DNA from: an uncultured virus (IMG/VR IMGVR_UViG_3300037088_000332)
Taxonomy: Duplodnaviria; Heunggongvirae; Uroviricota; Caudoviricetes
Reading direction: 5' to 3' (one strand)
DNA: 20,000 nucleotides
Virus record (IMG/VR): IMGVR_UViG_3300037088_000332
The position numbers were made by a program, and so were the translations under genes. Below the pieces are notes generated by a model. The model ran no database searches. It worked only from the letters and a program-made list of their open reading frames with translations, and was not told where the DNA came from. Positions 15,028 through 20,000 of this stretch are shown here, in pieces (positions within the stretch are counted from its first letter, which is position 1; each line of letters begins with the position of its first letter).

Positions 15028-17081
15028 TGCAATTGAAAATCACATTCCTCGGGCTCCTCTTCCATGGCTGGGTCTGGCTTTTTGTTCCTCAATTTACTAT
15101 TACTGGATTTCCTGTCTTTTTTCTCGAATATCATCGTGTAGTCATCGTCACCTACGGCCATATTGATGTAGTCGCCTTCGAGAAATTTTTTCATTGATGC
15201 CAAGCGGCGGTGGGCCGTGCGGAGCAGTTCGAGCTTGAACTGGTCATCCGAGTCACATTCCATCCCGCTGTCCAGGTTGAGGTCGTTGCCTCCACCCAGC
15301 AGCCCGGCACTGCTGGACTCTCCCAAGATGGCCTCTACCACGCCCTTCTTCCCGATGAGGACATCAATGGTGTATTCGTTCACCGTACCCTTCGCCACGA
15401 GGATGTGGAGGGTACAGGACGTGTGCGGAGAGGCTGACCGCACCATCCTGCCTACTAATTGAATCAGGTCGCCCCAAGACCAGGGAAGGTCTATACAAAC
15501 TAGGTGAGCAGCCTGTTGGAGATTCAAGCCTTCGATACCGGCCGCATTAATGAAAATCAGGTCATGGTCGGGAGACTCCTGAAACAATCGCTTGGCGACA
15601 TTCCTCTTTTTCTCCTTCTCCTTCCCGGTGATTCGTAGAGGTATGCGGGAGGTAAACTTACCGTTCTTGCTAAGCTCCTCTAGTCGGTCTATATGGCGGA
15701 GAAACTTGGAAAATACGATGACCTTCTCACCCTTCAGGTCACCGTCCAAAAGGTCAAGGAGCGCTTCCTCTTTGGGAGACAAGATAGGGGAGAAAAAGTT
15801 CTTCTTGTCCGCCCGGTCGATGAGTCCCCAGTGGTTGGCCACAAGCTCTTGCACCGACAGCATAGTCATAGCATTGCTGGGGTCCCTCTCCTTCTCATAA
15901 ATCTCCCCGGCGACCTTGATAAGGCTGGGGGGAAGGATGAAGGTGCCGTTGGGGATGTCTTCCAGCAGGAGTTTTCTCTGCTTGTCGTCGAGGTCCACCG
16001 GATGGTAGGTCGTCTGGAGTGTAGGCAAGGGTTCCTTGACCTGTGCCTGCGACCTCCCGAGGTAGAAGGGGCGTAATCCCTTCTTAAACTCCTCCATATT
16101 CTGGTAGCCGTCGAGGACCCGCTTATGCATCCCCCTTCCGACATACTGCTTGTGGAAGATGCAGAACTTTTCTCCGAATTCCCACATATTACCGAACGGA
16201 CGGACGCCGAGGGCGGAGATGGCAGCGTAGAATTCTGTTGCGTTGTTCTTCATCGCCGTGCCGGTAAGCCCCCACGCCCATCGAGCAGGCTTAGACAGAT
16301 ATATGACGAGGGCACGAGTTTGTGAACCTGATTGCTTAAATCTATGTGCTTCGTCAAAGATGATGACTGTCCTATCTCCGTGCTCCTTAATAATCTTGGC
16401 GAACTCCCGTATCTCCGACGATACTGGCTCTATCTTGGGCTTGCCGTTATCATCAAACTTTCCAGGTATCACCCTGCGCTTTCCAATCATGGAACTGTAC
16501 TTGCCGATGAGGACATCCTTCTTGTGACCAGAAAGGAAGTCTCTAAGTTGCTGATGGCGAGCAGCATACGACTTTATCCCCCGATATTTGTCTACCATGA
16601 CGAAGGGGCGCAGGAGGCTGAACCGACGAATCTCGTCAAACCATTGCCAAGTCGTTGACCTAGTAGTGACTACAAGAACCTTAAGGTCGGGGATGCGGTC
16701 TTTAAGCCAGCATACGGCGGCGATACAGTCGCTAGTCTTTCGGAGGCCAACTGCGTCCCCGACCATAAAACGGTTCATCCTGGCTAAGTGGTGGATTTGA
16801 ACTTTCTGATATTCCCGAAGAATTAAGGACTCCTCTTCTTGCTCAGTGCTCAAATTTAGTATTTTAGTTCTGAGCAGAGGAGGCCACTTGAATGGTATAG
16901 GGTTGTTAATATTCCCAACTTCATCAATTTGGCTGTCCCACTTCCTAAGCAGAAAGAGCTTGTAGAGTATATCATGGCTGATTCCCAACTCGTTAGTATA
17001 ATCAGTTATCAGTGGGCATGGCTGCTCTAACTGTTGCCCATCTACGGCTTTGTCCTTCGCTAATGCGTTTTCTATGCTCAT
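15024..17081 (-). CDS. SNF2/SF2 helicase-like ATPase, up to 685 aa (start uncertain)
   Basis: LREYQ (Q motif), GDAVGLRKT (atypical Walker A), IIFDEAH, WGLTGT, VIVFS, GIEGLNLQQA, DLPWS, QLVGRMVR. Confidence 0.92.
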   Translation of the reverse strand: MSIENALAKDKAVDGQQLEQPCPLITDYTNELGISHDILYKLFLLRKWDSQIDEVGNINNPIPFKWPPLLRTKILNLSTEQEEESLILREYQKVQIHHLARMNRFMVGDAVGLRKTSDCIAAVCWLKDRIPDLKVLVVTTRSTTWQWFDEIRRFSLLRPFVMVDKYRGIKSYAARHQQLRDFLSGHKKDVLIGKYSSMIGKRRVIPGKFDDNGKPKIEPVSSEIREFAKIIKEHGDRTVIIFDEAHRFKQSGSQTRALVIYLSKPARWAWGLTGTAMKNNATEFYAAISALGVRPFGNMWEFGEKFCIFHKQYVGRGMHKRVLDGYQNMEEFKKGLRPFYLGRSQAQVKEPLPTLQTTYHPVDLDDKQRKLLLEDIPNGTFILPPSLIKVAGEIYEKERDPSNAMTMLSVQELVANHWGLIDRADKKNFFSPILSPKEEALLDLLDGDLKGEKVIVFSKFLRHIDRLEELSKNGKFTSRIPLRITGKEKEKKRNVAKRLFQESPDHDLIFINAAGIEGLNLQQAAHLVCIDLPWSWGDLIQLVGRMVRSASPHTSCTLHILVAKGTVNEYTIDVLIGKKGVVEAILGESSSAGLLGGGNDLNLDSGMECDSDDQFKLELLRTAHRRLASMKKFLEGDYINMAVGDDDYTMIFEKKDRKSSNSKLRNKKPDPAMEEEPEECDFQLQ

Positions 17082-17805
17082 CTGTGAATCCTATGGTTTT
17101 TATTCTCAAAGATGCTGATACTGATTGTTTACGTTTAGTTTCCTCAGAAACTGGCTGCTGGCTAAAACGCCTTTGTTGCCCCTCCTTCATCCGCTCTAAA
17201 GTTTCAGGAGAGTATGTACGACCCATTGTTTTTTGCGATATCAATTTTCTAACAGAATCGGGTCTTTTAACCCCCCTTCGACTAATACTTAAAAGCCGTA
17301 ATCTCTGAATATGTTCAACAGATAGAGGATTTTCTTTGAATCGTTTATATTGAGAAACTGACATTTTATTACGGGATTCTAAAGAGTGCGGACCTTTAAA
17401 CACTGGGGGAATAGTCGGGAACTTCCCTCTACCCTGTTTCCACATTTCTTTTGAAGCACGACCAGTTTTTTTACGAGCTTCTTGGGAAAGTGGACCGGTG
17501 CGTCCCTCCCCCCCTCTACAGATGTTGTAGCCATATTCGGAGTCTTGAGCTTTGAGGAACTTGATAAAGTCTTGTTCAGTTTCGTCAAGTTCGGGTTTGG
17601 TCTGGATATCCGACCGAAGGGCATGGATGGACCAAGATGTGTGATTTGGATGCTTTCGCATTGAGTTGTAGAGATAAGAATGCTGAGAGGTATTTCTCTT
17701 AGCAGCCGATAGTTTGTCCTGAAGGTACTTTTTTAGGTTAGTCCCCTTATGTTGACCGACATAGTATTTTCCAGTTTCATGATTCACAATCAGATAGATA
17801 AACAT
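17002..17805 (-). CDS. GIY-YIG homing endonuclease with NUMOD3-like repeats, 267 aa
   Basis: FIYLIVNHETGKYYVGQH, LYNSMRKH, LDETE..FI, YGYNICRGGEG, then repeated (H/Y/V)SxETRxK(M/I)S units; AT-rich. Confidence 0.92.
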   Translation of the reverse strand: MFIYLIVNHETGKYYVGQHKGTNLKKYLQDKLSAAKRNTSQHSYLYNSMRKHPNHTSWSIHALRSDIQTKPELDETEQDFIKFLKAQDSEYGYNICRGGEGRTGPLSQEARKKTGRASKEMWKQGRGKFPTIPPVFKGPHSLESRNKMSVSQYKRFKENPLSVEHIQRLRLLSISRRGVKRPDSVRKLISQKTMGRTYSPETLERMKEGQQRRFSQQPVSEETKRKQSVSASLRIKTIGFTDEHRKRISEGQSRRWATVRAAMPTDN

Positions 17806-17816
17806 AGACCCCTATG

Positions 17817-17824
17817 TATAATAC
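17817..17824 (-). promoter_or_regulatory. Putative promoter -10 element GTATTATA
   Basis: Recurrent motif 11 nt upstream of the GIY-YIG ATG. TGGACT lies further upstream as a possible -35, though the spacing is short. Confidence 0.6.
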
Positions 17825-17885
17825 CACAAAAAGTCCATTTTCTTTTTTACAGATTGTGAAGTATCTGGATTTGGTATGGGGTGTT

Positions 17886-18170
17886 TTACATATCGTCCCA
17901 ATTAATCTGTATGGGGTCGTCTTCCTCTTCTTCCTTGTGGCCACGGCGGTGCCGCTTGACGATATGCCCGTTCTTGCCTATCTCCAACTCTTGCAAGAGG
18001 TCGTCTTCCTCCTCCTCTTCCTCGTCATCCGACTCCTTGTCAGGGTCTTTTTCCTCAAAGAAGTCATATTCCTCCCTATATTCCTCCTCGTTCCGCTCTT
18101 CTTCCGAGCGGACCACTAATTCATTGTGGAAAAGTGCCCCTTCCAAATCGAGATTTTTCCTCTTGCCCAT
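17886..18170 (-). CDS. Highly acidic small protein, 94 aa
   Basis: About 37 of 94 residues are D/E; starts 1 nt after the upstream stop. Confidence 0.75.
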   Translation of the reverse strand: MGKRKNLDLEGALFHNELVVRSEEERNEEEYREEYDFFEEKDPDKESDDEEEEEEDDLLQELEIGKNGHIVKRHRRGHKEEEEDDPIQINWDDM

Positions 18171-18171
18171 G

Positions 18172-18444
18172 TTAGCTCTTCGTCAGGAGGTCGGCAAGCT
18201 CCGTTGGGCTTACCTTCCTCCAGTCCTTGCTCTTCTTTTCCTTGACCTCTACATCGAAGCCGGGAAGTCCGTCAATGTCGTTTTCAACTATGGTTATCTC
18301 CCCGAGAGCGGGAAACTTCTCGGTCGCCGGAATGTCAATGACAACCTCTGGTCTCCCGAACGGTGAGCCGTCCTCAAGGCGGTTTCGTACCCATGCCTTG
18401 GATATGTCAATTCCGTTGACCCTCAGGAACATCCGGGGAGCCAT
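18172..18444 (-). CDS. Hypothetical protein, 90 aa
   Basis: GGAGGG RBS; CAGTATCTT promoter-like motif at 18471-18479. Confidence 0.75.
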   Translation of the reverse strand: MAPRMFLRVNGIDISKAWVRNRLEDGSPFGRPEVVIDIPATEKFPALGEITIVENDIDGLPGFDVEVKEKKSKDWRKVSPTELADLLTKS

Positions 18445-18508
18445 AGTTTCCCTCCATGTTTGTCTATTACAAGATACTGAAAGCGGGGAATTTATGAGTG
18501 GATGAAAA

Positions 18509-18554
18509 GGGGAGGTCTGGGGGGAGGTCTGGGGGGAGGTCTGGGGGGAGGTCT
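18509..18554. repeat. Tandem repeat (GGGGGGAGGTCT) x 3.8
   Basis: One 10-nt partial copy plus three perfect 12-nt copies, intergenic. Confidence 0.95.
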
Positions 18555-18627
18555 TTCATAGGGTTATTGGCCAGTTTCCTGTACTAACTTCCATGTTGCA
18601 TTGGGCATAGGTCTCATTTAATTATAA

Positions 18628-19215
18628 CTATTCCAGACCCTTTGCGGGGATGATGGTATCATTACCGCTCGCTGTGAATATTGCCTCGGACAAGTCTTCC
18701 CCCTGCATATACTTGCCCACTAGGTAGGCTATGCATCCCAGCGCCAGCTTAGGACCATGGATGAGGGAGGGCAGGCCATACAGTTGGATAGAGGTAGCAT
18801 CCTCCTGTTTATTGAAAAGGAACGAGGGAAGCCCATACACCCCATACTTGGACCCGTAGACGATAACCCGAGGTCCCCCGCTAGGTTGGGAGCTGACGCC
18901 AGGAGGTGGGCAGGCGGCGAAAACAGACACTCCACGGTACAGCGGGTTATGCTGAACCTTATAGGCCGCAAGACCCCCTATCCCTATGCCGATGAGCAGG
19001 GTCTTGGCATATGTAAGGGGGTTAAAGGTTATATGGAATACATAATCATCTAAGTTCTCCGGGCACTCTACTTGTATGAAGGAGTCGTTAGGGAACCTTT
19101 CCCGTAGTATCTTGGCGAGCTTGTCAGAGAGCGTTTGGGACTCCTCCCCATCGTCAGCCAAGATAAAATGGGACAAAAACCTGCTATTATTCCCGTTCGG
19201 TAACTTTTTACTCAT
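18628..19215 (-). CDS. Hypothetical protein, possible degenerate alpha/beta-hydrolase fold, 195 aa
   Basis: LLIGIGIGGLAAY resembles the nucleophile elbow without Ser; VSVFAACPP, RVIVYG and a late His (LIHG) follow in the expected order; GAGG RBS. Confidence 0.55.
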   Translation of the reverse strand: MSKKLPNGNNSRFLSHFILADDGEESQTLSDKLAKILRERFPNDSFIQVECPENLDDYVFHITFNPLTYAKTLLIGIGIGGLAAYKVQHNPLYRGVSVFAACPPPGVSSQPSGGPRVIVYGSKYGVYGLPSFLFNKQEDATSIQLYGLPSLIHGPKLALGCIAYLVGKYMQGEDLSEAIFTASGNDTIIPAKGLE

Positions 19216-19360
19216 TATTGCCTCTCAGGAGCGGGGGTGTTCCCACTCAGTAACTTCTTGAGGAACCGGCCAGTCCTCTGCTTCCAGTACCCCCACCATG
19301 TCATTCCCATAGCACTGGCCGCAACGACCGCTGCGGCTGCCTGTGGTCAAAGTGCGCACA

Positions 19361-19576
19361 TCAGAGCTTCTCCATCATCTCAAAGATACATAGGGCTTTA
19401 AGCATATTTCCGTAAGTTCCCTCAAAAGAAGGTGACAACAGACCGCACTGCATGTGCTCATCAACCGCTTTTGCCAACTGCTTCTCCGCCTCCAGTTTTT
19501 TCTTAAGCTTCTCATTGTCGGCAATAAGGTCAGCATTCTTCTTGACCTTGGCGTTGTAGGTATGTTCTGCGCCCAT
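19361..19576 (-). CDS. Hypothetical protein, 71 aa
   Basis: AGAGGTG RBS before the ATG at 19576; short coiled coil. Confidence 0.65.
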   Translation of the reverse strand: MGAEHTYNAKVKKNADLIADNEKLKKKLEAEKQLAKAVDEHMQCGLLSPSFEGTYGNMLKALCIFEMMEKL

Positions 19577-19586
19577 GGTCACCTCT

Positions 19587-20000
19587 TTATATGTGGCAAT
19601 CTGCGATTGACATCAGGGTGTCGTCCGGCAGCGAGTCAACGAGGTCAGAGAACTGCTTGGTCCACTCGTTCTCGTCCTTCTCGTCAGACACGCATCCCCA
19701 CCAGCCCATGCTGCCCCGTTCGTACCACAAACTGTCCTTTACTATCGCAAATGTCCTGATGGCTTTCGCACGGGCATGCTCGATGTACTCCTCCCGACTG
19801 CACTGGAAGTCGTCAAGTTCCCACCATATGGCCTCGCGGTCGGAGTCGGCGTTAAGAGCTTTGACGACAGGCTGCTCATGGTATTCGTCTCTGGCCGTTT
19901 TGCAGTCTACTTCCCCGTCCTTGGTGTGCTTAGCCTGTAGCTGTTGCCATGTGAGCGGTGTCGGGCACCCGGCAGTGAGGGCGGTGTACTTGTCGTACTG
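19587..20000 (-). CDS. 3' part of a conserved phage hypothetical protein (not in the ORF track)
   Basis: Open frame of 138 codons (including the stop) from the right edge, ending TFAIVKDSLWYERGSMGWWGCVSDEK...LPDDTLMSIADCHI*, a C-terminus I recall from many phage proteins. Confidence 0.85.
   Translation of the reverse strand, partial: QYDKYTALTAGCPTPLTWQQLQAKHTKDGEVDCKTARDEYHEQPVVKALNADSDREAIWWELDDFQCSREEYIEHARAKAIRTFAIVKDSLWYERGSMGWWGCVSDEKDENEWTKQFSDLVDSLPDDTLMSIADCHI

Noticed and set aside
17002..17885. Group I intron housing the GIY-YIG gene
   Set aside because: No upstream exon is evident, the upstream gene ends cleanly, the nuclease has its own promoter motif, and I could not find P7/R-S core sequences or room for them.
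18509..18554. CRISPR array
   Set aside because: Direct tandem 12-mers with no spacers; no cas genes.
19225..19359. Small ORF (VRTLTTGSRSGRCGQCYG...HPRS) filling the gap on the minus strand
   Set aside because: About 44 codons with a GTG start and weak support; plausible but not supportable as a feature.
4439..19759. Numerous plus-strand ORFs in the track (e.g. 13265..14035, 11485..12072, 12218..12784)
   Set aside because: They are antisense shadows of coupled minus-strand genes, with no RBS or recognisable motifs.
1..20000. Stop-codon reassignment (TAG read-through)
   Set aside because: Long genes are uninterrupted in code 11. TAG ends genes at sensible positions (210, 11647, 18628), and reading through the TAG at 11151 does not restore MTase motifs.

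Overview
This window looks like part of a large (jumbo-type) bacteriophage genome in the standard genetic code. It has about 35 tightly coupled minus-strand genes (ATGA, TAATG and TGATG overlaps) and one plus-strand gene. Recognisable products are: a diverged HK97/encapsulin-like major-capsid homologue; a papain-like (C1) cysteine peptidase interrupted by an HNH intein; free-standing HNH and GIY-YIG homing endonucleases; a SNF2-like helicase; an Mre11/SbcD-like and a second calcineurin-like phosphoesterase; a nucleoside deoxyribosyltransferase-like protein; a YkgJ-like Cys-cluster protein; two putative all-alpha NTP-pyrophosphatase-like proteins; and a truncated C5 DNA methyltransferase. The most unusual area is 1-3554. 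The intein there sits three residues after the catalytic His of the protease and lacks its block-B His. Between the protease and the capsid homologue is a self-contained structured RNA unit of about 250 nt: promoter, three hairpins, a strong Shine-Dalgarno followed by ATG-ATG-TAG, and a terminator. All family assignments come from motif recognition by eye; no database searches were run.
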